64,000 bases of DNA, taken from Marispirochaeta sp. GTDB lineage: Bacteria > Spirochaetota > Spirochaetia > JC444 > Marispirochaetaceae. The stretch lies in NCBI GenBank assembly GCA_963676835.2, contig CAXXFF010000004.1, positions 128,001-192,000 of the forward strand. Direction: 5' to 3'. Under the pieces are notes generated by a model. It saw nothing but the letters and a program-made list of their open reading frames with translations. It made no database searches and was not told the origin of the DNA. Shown in pieces: positions 38,652-48,867 of this stretch. A program made the translations under genes and the position numbers. How positions within the stretch are numbered: the stretch's first letter is position 1; each line of letters opens with the position of its first letter.

Positions 38652-39830
38652 ATGAACAAGATGCCCTCCAAAACCAGATGTATCGGAATCCTCACCTCCG
38701 GCGGAGACTGCCCCGGGTTGAATGCAGCCATCCGCGGTGTCGCCAAGGCGGCCATGAACAACTACGGGATTAAGGTTGTCGGTATTCAGGACGGGTTCCG
38801 CGGCCTGGTGGAAAACCGCACCATGATTCTGGACGACAGAAATGTTTCCGGGCTCCTGACCATGGGAGGAACCATCCTCGGCACAAGCCGCGACAAGCCT
38901 CACAAAATGCCCATGGGGGGCAAGAAGCAGGACATGACCATGGCAGCTGTGGAAAATATCCGGCGTCATCAGATTGACTGCCTGGTATGTCTCGGAGGAG
39001 GCGGCACTCAGAAGAATGCCTACCACCTGCACACCAAAGGAGGCATAAACGTTATTACCCTCCCGAAAACAATCGATAACGATGTCTGGGGTACCGATGT
39101 TACCTTCGGCTTTGATACCGCCATGGGAATTGCAACCGAAGCAATCGACAGGCTTCACACCACCGCCACCAGCCATCACCGCATAATTGTCTGTGAGATT
39201 ATGGGAAACAATGCCGGATGGCTCGCTCTGGGAGCTGGAGTTGCCGGAGGCGCCGATGTAATTCTGATTCCGGAAATTCCCTACGATCTCAATGCAGTAG
39301 CCGAGCACCTTACCGAACGACGCCGGACAGGAAAACGGTTTTCCATAATCGCCATAGCAGAGGGTGCACGCTCCATTGCCGAAGTTGAAGCTGCCGGTCT
39401 GTCAGAGGATGATGAGAAAAAATCAGATAAAGACGAGATCCGCTTCGACGAGCAGGGATTTCCCTACCATCCGGTAAAGGAGCCCAAGGCGTCACAGCTT
39501 ACCCGGCAGATACAGGAACTTACCGGCATAGAAGCCCGGGTTACCTTTCTCGGCCATGTACAGCGGGGAGGCATCCCCTCCGCCACAGACAGGCTTTACA
39601 GCACCCTGTTAGGAACAAAAGCTGCTGAACTGCTGGCTGCAGGCGAATACAATGTAATGGTCTCGATAGAAGGAAAAACCTGTACCTCCATCCCCCTTGG
39701 TGAGGTCGCGGGCAAAAAGAAAACTGTACCTTTTGATCATCCCTGGATCCGCAGTGCCCGGCTGGTGGGAACCTGCCTGGGAGAACCGAAGAAAACCGCA
39801 ATTGGAACAGAGGGAAAAAAAGGAAATTAA
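38652..39830 (+). CDS. pfkA: 6-phosphofructokinase (PfkA family, group III-like)
   Basis: [46 protein letters not shown]. Confidence 0.93.
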   Translation: MNKMPSKTRCIGILTSGGDCPGLNAAIRGVAKAAMNNYGIKVVGIQDGFRGLVENRTMILDDRNVSGLLTMGGTILGTSRDKPHKMPMGGKKQDMTMAAVENIRRHQIDCLVCLGGGGTQKNAYHLHTKGGINVITLPKTIDNDVWGTDVTFGFDTAMGIATEAIDRLHTTATSHHRIIVCEIMGNNAGWLALGAGVAGGADVILIPEIPYDLNAVAEHLTERRRTGKRFSIIAIAEGARSIAEVEAAGLSEDDEKKSDKDEIRFDEQGFPYHPVKEPKASQLTRQIQELTGIEARVTFLGHVQRGGIPSATDRLYSTLLGTKAAELLAAGEYNVMVSIEGKTCTSIPLGEVAGKKKTVPFDHPWIRSARLVGTCLGEPKKTAIGTEGKKGN

Positions 39831-41029
39831 AAACCTGCTGCAGGAATCAACCGTACTTCCAGATAGCCGTTACCCGGCGGAATTTCAAACAGAGTCTCAG
39901 GCTTTTCTGTGGATTTTTCCAGAATCGAAGTAAACTGAAAATCTTCAGAGTCTGAAAATAATACATCCACCAGCCGGCACTCTGCAGGGGAAATAAGAGA
40001 CAAAGTTACGGGCATGTAATACTCTTCAGGGTCCAATTGGCTGCTGTATCGGTAACGGTAAATCCCCGCCTCTTCATTAAAATCAACCAGATATATTTCC
40101 AGACTGTTCCGCTGCTCAATGTAGCGGGCAGCATCGCCGAAAGTGGCAAACCAGAAATTCTCAGCCTCCAGCTTATCCAGAATTAATCTGAAGATCTCAA
40201 GAGGCAGCGCCTCCCAGCCCAATACCTCTTGTTCTATTCCGGGAGACTCAATCCCGTGAAAGTTCGGCACCAGCCAGCCGCGGCTGCCGAGAATAGTGTC
40301 CATAACAGCAGTCAGCCGGGCTTCGGTATCTCGCTGCAGGATGCCCCGGGCCCCGACGGCGTAGATATTTTCCGGGGTGTCACCGACGACTCCACCGAAA
40401 CGGGGGTGCTCAGGGTCATCGGATATTCCTCCGCTACGGGCAGCGCTGAAAAAGGATGCCGCAGCCTTTAGGGCTTCGGGAGAAGTCCGCCAGTAGGGCC
40501 AGCCGAAACTGAAAACAGGTACCCCGGGCAGTTCCCGCCGGAGATCCTCAGCAGATTGGGTCATTTCCGCCAGGGCCTGATCCGGGTGGGCCGCAAGATC
40601 AACATGATGTGCCGAATGGCTTGCAATTTCGTGTCCGCTTCCGGAGAGAACCCGGGCATCATCCCATGAGAACAGGCGGTATCTTGTCTCGCCATCCATC
40701 CAGTATCCCTGGTTCATACAATCGGTAATAACAAAAAAAGTGGCAGGGATTCCCCTGGAGTCAAGCTCCGGATAGGCGGCAAGAAACTGATCAAGGGTGC
40801 CGTCATCGAAGGTAATGGAACAGGCAGCCCGGGCATTACCGTACCAGGGAACTGGAGAAACTATGGGAGCAGAAGGACACTTGAGGGTTTCTTCCGCAAC
40901 GCTTTCACTGGCTGTCTCTGAGATTTTTCCTGCCGGTGGGGTCGATGCACAACTGCCGAGAATTCCCATACCGCAGAGGAGAACCAGAATTATTCTGCCT
41001 GCAGGCTGTTTATAAACCGGGGTATTCAT
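39827..41029 (-). CDS. Polysaccharide deacetylase (NodB/CE4) lipoprotein
   Basis: Lipobox [32 protein letters not shown]. Confidence 0.85.
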   Translation of the reverse strand: MNTPVYKQPAGRIILVLLCGMGILGSCASTPPAGKISETASESVAEETLKCPSAPIVSPVPWYGNARAACSITFDDGTLDQFLAAYPELDSRGIPATFFVITDCMNQGYWMDGETRYRLFSWDDARVLSGSGHEIASHSAHHVDLAAHPDQALAEMTQSAEDLRRELPGVPVFSFGWPYWRTSPEALKAAASFFSAARSGGISDDPEHPRFGGVVGDTPENIYAVGARGILQRDTEARLTAVMDTILGSRGWLVPNFHGIESPGIEQEVLGWEALPLEIFRLILDKLEAENFWFATFGDAARYIEQRNSLEIYLVDFNEEAGIYRYRYSSQLDPEEYYMPVTLSLISPAECRLVDVLFSDSEDFQFTSILEKSTEKPETLFEIPPGNGYLEVRLIPAAGF

Positions 41030-42380
41030 CGGGAGGGACCTCCATATTCCATCTGCGTACTGCATAATATTCATTCCTTATGGCATGAACCATCTCTACA
41101 CCGAATACGGCAGCATCCGCCTGAGTCTGATGTGACAGTAAGGCCTCGGTCTGACGCTTCAGCACCTTCTCCCGGCTCACCGCCAGTGCATCGGGGTACA
41201 GTTCATGCTGCCGGGGGTCAACCGCAAGCAGATGCGACCCGGGAAGATTGAGACCGTGATACTTCATATAGTCCAGAGCTGCTGCAACCGCTATACCGGT
41301 ACTCTCATGTTCAAAGTGCTCCCTCGAAGCGGAAGGCCCGTCGGGCGACACGATAATCGCCGGATTCAGAGTTTGTATTACTTCGGCAATCCGTGCGGCC
41401 AGGGGTTCTTTTCCACCCCATGAATCAAGCACCTCATTATGGGTCATAACATCCGCCAGCCCGTTATAGGGATGATTGGGAAGTCCGAAGCGGATAAACA
41501 GATCACAACCAAGAATTTTCAGCGCAGCTTCCACCTCCCGAAGACGGATCTCCGGCAGGTTCTCCCTTTTGCCCGCATACCCCTCACGGAAAATACCCGA
41601 TTCCCCGTCGGTAAGGAGCAGTACCGCGGTACTCTTACCTTCAATATCCAGACGGGACAACAGGGCCCCGTAATCCAGGGACTCATCATCCGGATGGGCG
41701 TGAATAAAAAGAACATCCACTTTAACAGCCGGAACAGCTCCCCCCGGGGGAATTTGAATGAGATCCGTTGATGCAGAAATTGCAACATCCCGGCGGGCAG
41801 GAATCTTTTCTTCAGTTATTGCTTCAAGCGCTGTGTCCTGAGGCTGCGTCTGTTCCATGCCGGGCAGAATCAGAGTAAAGGAAAGCAGGCCCGAAAGAAT
41901 TGGGATCAAAAAAAACAGAAGAGAAAGATTAAGTATCCTGGCAGATATTTCCCTGGTGCTGGAAGAAGAGAGCACTCCACCGACCCTGCCGAGGTATCGC
42001 ATTTTCCAACCCGACCAGCGGAGAAAATCACCCGGGGCAAGACTGCCCCGTAGAGTACTTACACCGGAAACAACCATTGTCTTTTTGGAAACTACCTGCA
42101 AGCGGCCGTCGATAAACGTGAGGGCCAGATCCGTCTTCTTTAACCTGGAAGAGAGCCATAACTGACTTGAAAAAAAACCGGAACCGTCAAAAATAAAACT
42201 GTTTAATCCGGGATTTTCGAGATAGATATCTTCTGAGGTACCCTCATGTTCCATTGAGAGGTATAGACTGTCCCCGGAGAATGAAAACAGCCCCTCTCTT
42301 GCCTTACGCAGGAAAAGATAGAGAACCGGGAACAATAAAATTAAGGGAATAAGTAAGATTGCAGCCAAAAACGGATACAC
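41010..42380 (-). CDS. Membrane-anchored PIG-L/LmbE family deacetylase
   Basis: HAHPDDE, LTDGE, R..E, HFEH, H.TQ; two TM segments N-terminally. Confidence 0.83.
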   Translation of the reverse strand: MYPFLAAILLIPLILLFPVLYLFLRKAREGLFSFSGDSLYLSMEHEGTSEDIYLENPGLNSFIFDGSGFFSSQLWLSSRLKKTDLALTFIDGRLQVVSKKTMVVSGVSTLRGSLAPGDFLRWSGWKMRYLGRVGGVLSSSSTREISARILNLSLLFFLIPILSGLLSFTLILPGMEQTQPQDTALEAITEEKIPARRDVAISASTDLIQIPPGGAVPAVKVDVLFIHAHPDDESLDYGALLSRLDIEGKSTAVLLLTDGESGIFREGYAGKRENLPEIRLREVEAALKILGCDLFIRFGLPNHPYNGLADVMTHNEVLDSWGGKEPLAARIAEVIQTLNPAIIVSPDGPSASREHFEHESTGIAVAAALDYMKYHGLNLPGSHLLAVDPRQHELYPDALAVSREKVLKRQTEALLSHQTQADAAVFGVEMVHAIRNEYYAVRRWNMEVPPDEYPGL

Positions 42381-42382
42381 CT

Positions 42383-42422
42383 AAAAAATGCCGGGGTCCT
42401 GCAGAAAGGACTCCCCGGCATT
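42383..42422 (-). terminator. Intrinsic terminator after the 43085 gene
   Basis: ATGCCGGGG..TCCT...AGGA.CCCCGGCAT plus T-run on the minus strand. Confidence 0.7.
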
Positions 42423-42446
42423 ATTCTTATCTGACCATCTGAAAAA

Positions 42447-43085
42447 TCAGCGGCCGAAGCTTAAGGCCAGACTGTTGCTTCTCAGTACAATCCAGTCACC
42501 TTTCATACTCTTTTCATTATCAAGATAAAAATAGACATAGTAGTTCGGGTCCAGAGGACTGTAGACCTTCACCAGGCCGCTGTTACCGTCAACAACCATT
42601 TTTACAGGAATCTCCTGATTCAGGTTGGCATCAGTAAGCAGGTATGCATACTTGTTTAAGTCGATACTCTCTTCAAGGTTCATGCGGGTATGGGAAACGC
42701 TCTTATATACCTGGGCACTGAGACCTTTGGGGATATCACTTGAAACCGGGGAATTATCGTAGTTGAGCCAGAGAAGAAATGAATCTCCGGAACCCCAGGA
42801 TTTTCTCGGATGAACCGAGTCTGCAAAGATATGCATTCCGAATCCTCCGTGGAGGTCTTCTGCACCGCCTTCGTAGCGTACATTGAACTCATAAATCATG
42901 GGCCCACTCTGGGGAATTTTAATATTGACCTTGGCGAGGGGATCAACATCATCCATCTGATACAATCTGTTTCCGAGCAGCTCCCAGTCGCCTTCGGCAA
43001 ACTGATACTCCGGCAGCCCGGTCTCCGCAGCAAAAACCGGGAGGAGGAGACCAGCAAGTGCGAGTAAAACTACCACCTTCTTCAT
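42447..43085 (-). CDS. Hypothetical exported beta-rich protein
   Basis: AGGAG RBS; signal peptide MKKVVVLLALAGLLLPVFA. Confidence 0.78.
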   Translation of the reverse strand: MKKVVVLLALAGLLLPVFAAETGLPEYQFAEGDWELLGNRLYQMDDVDPLAKVNIKIPQSGPMIYEFNVRYEGGAEDLHGGFGMHIFADSVHPRKSWGSGDSFLLWLNYDNSPVSSDIPKGLSAQVYKSVSHTRMNLEESIDLNKYAYLLTDANLNQEIPVKMVVDGNSGLVKVYSPLDPNYYVYFYLDNEKSMKGDWIVLRSNSLALSFGR

Positions 43086-43239
43086 AGCGATTCTCCTTGA
43101 TACAAAATTTTTAGGGACCTTACCATGGTAGGTTACCACTTGACAGCCGTCAAGTTATTTCTCCGTGAGCATTTTTAGTTTTTCGCAGATCATAAAAAAT
43201 ATAGTATTATTGTTATATACTGGATAAAAAGGAGTAATT

Positions 43240-43659
43240 ATGAAACATTCCATAGACTGTACCTGGAAAGAAGGAATGGCCTTTGAGAGTACTATTGAAG
43301 GGCACACCATAAAACTGGACGCGGCAGAAGAGTTCGGCGGAAAGAACAGCGGTCCAACGCCCAAACCGCTGCTGCTGACATCCCTTGCGGGCTGCACAGC
43401 CATGGATGTAATTTCTCTGCTGAAGAAAATGAAGCAGCCTGTCTCATTCTTCAATATTGAGGTTGAATCAGAACTCAGCGAAAGCCATCCGAAAACCTAC
43501 ACCGGAATAACCATGGTCTACCAGTTTAAAAAAGGTGACGGTCTGGATGAAAGCAAGGTTGAAAAAGCCATCAAGCTTTCCCAGGAACAGTACTGCGGTG
43601 TATCCGCCATGCTGAAAAAAGCCACCACTGTAGACTACCGGATAGAATATCTCGATTAA
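43240..43659 (+). CDS. OsmC/YhfA family protein
   Basis: GPTPK.LLL.SLAGCTAMDV, YCGVS. Confidence 0.9.
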   Translation: MKHSIDCTWKEGMAFESTIEGHTIKLDAAEEFGGKNSGPTPKPLLLTSLAGCTAMDVISLLKKMKQPVSFFNIEVESELSESHPKTYTGITMVYQFKKGDGLDESKVEKAIKLSQEQYCGVSAMLKKATTVDYRIEYLD

Positions 43660-43689
43660 TCAGTAAGTCCGAAGGGAGTTTCCCTCAAC

Positions 43690-43721
43690 AAAAAAGCCGC
43701 CGGTATATTTCCGACGGCTTT
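43690..43721 (-). terminator. Intrinsic terminator of hcp
   Basis: GCCGTCGG...CCGGCGGC plus T6 on the minus strand. Confidence 0.7.
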
Positions 43722-43741
43722 ACAATAGACATATGCAGCAA

Positions 43742-45358
43742 TCAGGCTCCAGCCATCATGGCTTCCACATCCTCAGCTACAGTTCCTGTCGCTTTGATAT
43801 TGAAGTTATCCACCAGAACCTTAGCCACACCGGGGGACAGGAAGGCCGGAAGGGTCGGCCCGAGACGGATCCCCTTTACTCCCAGATAAAGAAGAGCCAG
43901 AAGCACCGCGACCGCCTTCTGCTCGTACCAGGCAATATCAAAGGAGATGGGGAGCTCGTTAATATCTTCCAGACCAAAAACCTCTTTCAGCTTAAGGGCA
44001 ATTACCGCAAGGCTGTATGAATCGTTGCACTGCCCTGCATCCAGTACCCGGGGAATACCACCTATATCACCAAGGTTAAGCTTGTTGTAACGATATTTGG
44101 CACAGCCTGCGGTAAGAATAACAGAATCTTCAGGCAGGGCTTCTGCAACATCGGTAAAGTAATTTCTGCCGGGCTGCCTGCCGTCACAGCCGGCCATAAC
44201 CACAAAGCGCTTAATAGCTCCGCTCTTTACCGCATCAACAACCTTATCTGCAAGAGCAAGCACCTGGGCATGGGCAAAGCCGCCGACAATCTCACCGGTC
44301 TCTATCTCCGTGGGAGCCGCGCAGCCCTTCGCCAGGGCAATTACCGCACTGAAATCCTTCTCGCCACCTTCGACTGGTTCGGGAATATGGGTTACGCCAG
44401 GGTATCCTGTAACACCGGTGGTGAAAATTCTATCTTTATAGGCATCCTTCACCGGAGTAATACAGTTGGTTGTCATTACAATGGGGCCATTGAATGAGGC
44501 AAACTCCTTGTCCTGCTTCCACCAGGCATTACCGTAGTTACCCACAAAATGTGAATACTTCTTAAACGCCGGGTAGTAGTTGGCAGGAAGCATTTCCGAG
44601 TGAGTATAAACATCAACGCCGGTACCTTCGGTCTGCTTGAGCAGAGCTTCCATATCTTTAAGATCATGGCCGGAAATAAGAATACCCGGATTGTTGCCAA
44701 CCCCAATATTTACAGCAGTTATCTCAGGATTGCCGTAGGTTTCGGTGTTGGCCTTGTCCAGCAGAGCCATTGTTGCCACAGCTGTTTCTCCGGTTTTCAT
44801 GGTAAGAGCAACCAGTTCGTCAGCGGACTTCTCCTCCAGGGTTGCAGCGAGGGTCTCAATTAAAAAGCTGTATACTGAATCATCCTCATAGCCGAGCTGA
44901 GCGGCATGCCGGGCGTAGGCTGCGACACCTTTACAGCCATAAATAATCAGCTCCTTCAGTGAGCGCACATCTTCATTTGATTCAGAAAGCACACCAACAA
45001 GAGCAGCTTTTACCGGCCACTGGGATTCATCAAGATTCCATACCGCTGCATCATTGGTTACAGCACCGGTAGAAATTGAATCCCGCAGGTGCAGGGCATT
45101 GCGGATAAAGCCTTTAAGACTCTCGTCATCAAAATTGGCGTTGGTTATTGTGGTAAAAAGGCCATCGGCAACAGCTCTTCCGGCATCGCTCTTTGCCGCG
45201 GAATCCCCGGATGCTGATGCAACGGCTGCAAGGCCCTTCAGGGTATAGATTAATAAATCCTGATATCCGGCGGTTTCGGGCTTTTTGCCGCAAACGCCGC
45301 TTACAGTACAACCGCTGTTTTTTGATGCTTCCTGACACTGAAAACAGAACATACTCAT
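43742..45358 (-). CDS. hcp: Hybrid cluster protein (hydroxylamine reductase)
   Basis: MFCFQCQE...GC...GVCGK, SGHDL, YTHSEM, AGCDG, GQCND, WYEQKA. Confidence 0.97.
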   Translation of the reverse strand: MSMFCFQCQEASKNSGCTVSGVCGKKPETAGYQDLLIYTLKGLAAVASASGDSAAKSDAGRAVADGLFTTITNANFDDESLKGFIRNALHLRDSISTGAVTNDAAVWNLDESQWPVKAALVGVLSESNEDVRSLKELIIYGCKGVAAYARHAAQLGYEDDSVYSFLIETLAATLEEKSADELVALTMKTGETAVATMALLDKANTETYGNPEITAVNIGVGNNPGILISGHDLKDMEALLKQTEGTGVDVYTHSEMLPANYYPAFKKYSHFVGNYGNAWWKQDKEFASFNGPIVMTTNCITPVKDAYKDRIFTTGVTGYPGVTHIPEPVEGGEKDFSAVIALAKGCAAPTEIETGEIVGGFAHAQVLALADKVVDAVKSGAIKRFVVMAGCDGRQPGRNYFTDVAEALPEDSVILTAGCAKYRYNKLNLGDIGGIPRVLDAGQCNDSYSLAVIALKLKEVFGLEDINELPISFDIAWYEQKAVAVLLALLYLGVKGIRLGPTLPAFLSPGVAKVLVDNFNIKATGTVAEDVEAMMAGA

Positions 45359-45434
45359 GGTAAAACTCCTCTTTAATGCCGGAAGCTTTCTGCCCCGGCT
45401 GTATCTGAAGAGTACCCTTGAAATCGGAGTAGTT

Positions 45435-45452
45435 CTGTAATATATGTTACGT
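45435..45452. promoter_or_regulatory. HcpR-type operator
   Basis: CTGTAATATATGTTACGT between divergent hcp and Crp/Fnr genes; resembles GTAAc-N-gTTAC HcpR boxes. Confidence 0.7.
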
Positions 45453-45453
45453 T

Positions 45454-46158
45454 ATGGGCGAAATATCCTCTCAAATACCGGGAAGAGTTTATCAGGACCT
45501 TGCATCATCTCCGTTTTTTTCCGGTTTTAGCGTCAGAGAAATACGGGAACTCTGCAGTACAAGCCGCTGCAGCTTTAAAACCTTCCACCGGGAAGCCCTG
45601 GTTGCCTTCCGCAGCGACAGCTATGACCGGCTCTTACTGCTCTCCCGGGGTACACTTATTGCGGAAATAGTGGACGACCGGGGCACCAGTCTCAAGGTGG
45701 AAAGCCTCACCGGGCCGACACCGGTGGCGACAGCCATTCTTTTTTCCACCGAAGCACTGCTGCCGGTACAGCTGCGGGCGGAGACAGATGTAGAGCTCTT
45801 AAGTATTTCCAGACAGGGGATACTCGATATGTGCAGGGAGGATGAACGTTTTCTTACTGCATATCTCAGGGACGCCGGAGACAAGGTTACCTTTCTGGCG
45901 GAAAAAATACGACTCCTCCGTTTTACCACAATTCGTCAGAAAATTGCCGGATATTTTCTGGATCTCCTCCGGAAACAGGGCACCGAACTTATCAGCCTTC
46001 CCTACAACCTGGAGGTAACCGCAGATATGTTCGGAGTAACCCGGCCGGCCCTCTCCCGCTCTCTGTCACAGCTTGTAGAAGATGGAATTTTAGGAAGGGA
46101 AGCCCGGGAATACCGTATTTTAAAGAAAGAGAAACTGAAGGAAATGCTTTCAGAATAA
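45454..46158 (+). CDS. hcpR: Crp/Fnr regulator, HcpR-like
   Basis: cNMP-like domain, TIRQKIA, FGVTRPALSR HTH; divergent from hcp. Confidence 0.85.
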   Translation: MGEISSQIPGRVYQDLASSPFFSGFSVREIRELCSTSRCSFKTFHREALVAFRSDSYDRLLLLSRGTLIAEIVDDRGTSLKVESLTGPTPVATAILFSTEALLPVQLRAETDVELLSISRQGILDMCREDERFLTAYLRDAGDKVTFLAEKIRLLRFTTIRQKIAGYFLDLLRKQGTELISLPYNLEVTADMFGVTRPALSRSLSQLVEDGILGREAREYRILKKEKLKEMLSE

Positions 46159-46172
46159 GCGCTAAGGTTCTG

Positions 46173-46868
46173 TTACAGATCCTTCATCCGGTAGCCTATA
46201 CCCCGGACAGTTTCTATGCAGTCACCGGTTTCGCCCAGTTTTTTGCGGATATTAAGAATCTGAACATCAACTGACCGCTCGGTTACCGGGTAATCATCAC
46301 CTTTAATATTGGAAATAATCTGCCCCCTGCTGAAAACCCAGCCGGGGTTACGGGCAAGAAACTCAAGAATCTGGTACTCCGTAAGACTGAGCGACAGGGA
46401 CTCTCCCCTGTTTTCCACCTTATGGCGAAGAGGATCAATGGAGATGCCGTGGATGTTAATAGGACCGGCCTGATCAGCTTTCTGTTCAGCAGCTCCTCTT
46501 CGCCGCAGAAGTGCACGAACCCGGGCGGTCAGCACCTTGGGGCTGAAGGGTTTGGTAAGATAATCATCTGCACCAAGTTCCAGACCGAGTATTATATCCG
46601 ACTCGTCATTGCGGGCTGTAACCATGAGGATGGGGATGTCTCTGCTTGCATCTTCCATACGGAGCTTTTTGCAGATATCTATGCCGCTTAATCCGGGAAG
46701 CATGAGGTCAAGAATAATCAGATCGGGACTGATTCGACGGGTCTCTTTCAAGGCTTCATCACCACGGTGCACCCCATGAACGGTAAAGCCCTCTTTTTCG
46801 AGATTAAACCGAATCAGCTCAAATATTGACAGCTCGTCTTCAACAACAAGAATTACAGTTTTTGCCAT
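46173..46868 (-). CDS. OmpR/PhoB-family response regulator
   Basis: VVEDE, ILDLMLPG, GADDYLTKPF, ERSVDV, ETVRGIGY. Confidence 0.93.
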   Translation of the reverse strand: MAKTVILVVEDELSIFELIRFNLEKEGFTVHGVHRGDEALKETRRISPDLIILDLMLPGLSGIDICKKLRMEDASRDIPILMVTARNDESDIILGLELGADDYLTKPFSPKVLTARVRALLRRRGAAEQKADQAGPINIHGISIDPLRHKVENRGESLSLSLTEYQILEFLARNPGWVFSRGQIISNIKGDDYPVTERSVDVQILNIRKKLGETGDCIETVRGIGYRMKDL

Positions 46869-46931
46869 ACGCCCCCGCAACAGCTATCAGCTTAACTCAT
46901 TTTACCATGGGGGGGAATGAGAAAAAAAGAG

Positions 46932-47297
46932 TCAGGCCCGTATTCTTCTACGACGGTCTATCTCTGTCTGCGCTTCAACAGTGTAGAGAGCATATGGAAT
47001 GGCCCTCAAACGTTCGCGGGGAATAATTTTTCCGCTTTTAAGACAGTACCCGTAGCGTCCGGCTTTAATCCGGCCCAATGCAGAGTCTATCTGCTGCAGC
47101 CGGGTAAGCTCCTGATGACCAAGATGTTCAAGGGTTTTGCGTTCTATGTCGGAACTTGCAAGATCCACCGAATCCATGGGTTCGTTTTTCTCACATAGTT
47201 CTGCAAGTTCACTGCTCTCCTGTACCAGGCGTTCAATGATGCCGCATTTAAGCTCCTGCAGACGTTCCTCCATTTCATTTAGAAAAGACTGGTCCAT
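46932..47297 (-). CDS. DksA/TraR paralog lacking the 4-Cys zinc finger
   Basis: DSVDLA; YGYCLKSG..IPRERLRAIPYALYTVEAQ. Confidence 0.85.
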   Translation of the reverse strand: MDQSFLNEMEERLQELKCGIIERLVQESSELAELCEKNEPMDSVDLASSDIERKTLEHLGHQELTRLQQIDSALGRIKAGRYGYCLKSGKIIPRERLRAIPYALYTVEAQTEIDRRRRIRA

Positions 47298-47514
47298 CCG
47301 AAGACTCCTCCAACATTGTTTTGGGAACCAATATAGTCCGGTTTTTCGAATAATCAAACATTTTTTTTAAGAAATGATGAAATTACTTGGATTATTTACA
47401 AGAAATAGCGAGAAAACTACGATTTGTTAAAATAGTGTGAAAAAAACTTCAATTGCATCCGCTAAAAAATGTGAGTAAACTAAGAACGTACGCCCCCTGG
47501 GAAAGGAGTGATTC

Positions 47515-47898
47515 ATGAAGCATAATTTGGAAGAGTACCGGAAACGCATTAACAGTCTGCCCGAACATGATCGTAAAAGTATTGATATTGCCGCTGAACA
47601 GCTTAGAATGCTTCAGGCTTCTTTTAATACAGGATCAATGGATGTTGATCTGATAAACATCACAAAAACGAATCTCCTTGATCTGTTTCAGGAAATAGAC
47701 GGCTACAGCCTGGAAGAGCTCCGCAAAACGTGGATGTTTGAGCCGCCCTTTGATCCGGCAAAACCGGAAGAGTGGCTGGACCATGCAAAACAGGTGAGAA
47801 TAGCCTATCTGACCGAACAGTTTGAACTGCTCTCCCGGCTCCGCAGCGATGAGCCTGAGGCCTGGGATGAGATCAACGAACTGTTTTTCGACGATTGA
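47515..47898 (+). CDS. Hypothetical acidic protein
   Basis: AAGGAG RBS; 127-aa ORF. Confidence 0.75.
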   Translation: MKHNLEEYRKRINSLPEHDRKSIDIAAEQLRMLQASFNTGSMDVDLINITKTNLLDLFQEIDGYSLEELRKTWMFEPPFDPAKPEEWLDHAKQVRIAYLTEQFELLSRLRSDEPEAWDEINELFFDD

Positions 47899-48866
47899 GG
47901 CCTAACCTGAATACTGTACGAGCTTATATAATCTGCATTTTGCTGGTTCTTGGTTCCGGATTCCTGGCCGGAGAAGAGGCGGTTCACGAAGTGGAAGCCT
48001 CATTATACGCCGGCTTCGGTTCTACAGAGTACTTTCTTGATGTAAATGACGGCTCAACGGGAGTACAAAGCCTGCTGATTTTCCCTACCGATGCGCTCTA
48101 TGCAGGAGTTCAATATACATATACCCCTCCAGGCGGCGCATGGCAGGCAGAAGTCGCTCTCAGCACAAACATTACAGCCCCATACAGCATGATGCTTGAT
48201 TACGACTGGTTTTATTATGTGGGATACTCATCAATACCCTTCAGCTATACAGAATCAAATCTGGTTTTTCGCGCCCTCGATGTAAAGACCAGGGGCAGCC
48301 TGACTCTGATAGACACACCTCAGACAAAAATCTACCTCACCGGAGGATACAACCTTTTTTTCAACTATCAGTTAATGACCGATTATGCAGGCTGGCAGTA
48401 TCAGGATAACGACAGCGATGGTGAGTATGAAGCAGTCTACATATCTTCCAATGCTGACGGGATTGAATACTGGGTTCTTTTCCACATGATTTCGGCAGGG
48501 GCAGCATGGGAGAGCCGATTGGACAGCAGTATAAGTCTCAGATTGGAGGCAGCTCCCATTGCGGGACTATTCTTTGACAGCGATGATCATCTGCTTCGGT
48601 ATAAGCTGTCCACTGCTTCAGGTTTCGGCCTGGGGATTTCGGGAAATGCCGCCCTGAGATACGAGCCTGCATCAAGCTCTGCAAGTTCCTGGTATGCCGA
48701 ACTGTACACTGCGATTCGCTGGTTTCAGGCAAACGGGTCCCAGCGTCAATACTGGTACGCTGATGGAGATCAACCGGAGGGAACGGAAAACACCGGAATT
48801 CCTCATCAGGTTACTCTCTTCGATCCGCAAATCGGGCTGAAATTCGGGTTTCAGCTGAGTCCCTGA
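47895..48866 (+). CDS. Omptin-family outer-membrane protease
   Basis: S.L.FP, MLDYDW and DSDDHL catalytic motifs, beta-barrel pattern, signal peptide. Confidence 0.75.
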   Translation: MRPNLNTVRAYIICILLVLGSGFLAGEEAVHEVEASLYAGFGSTEYFLDVNDGSTGVQSLLIFPTDALYAGVQYTYTPPGGAWQAEVALSTNITAPYSMMLDYDWFYYVGYSSIPFSYTESNLVFRALDVKTRGSLTLIDTPQTKIYLTGGYNLFFNYQLMTDYAGWQYQDNDSDGEYEAVYISSNADGIEYWVLFHMISAGAAWESRLDSSISLRLEAAPIAGLFFDSDDHLLRYKLSTASGFGLGISGNAALRYEPASSSASSWYAELYTAIRWFQANGSQRQYWYADGDQPEGTENTGIPHQVTLFDPQIGLKFGFQLSP

Positions 48867-48867
48867 T

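Noticed and set aside
47340..47510. AT-rich region as a Zur/Fur box for the Zn-free DksA
   Set aside because: No convincing palindrome by eye
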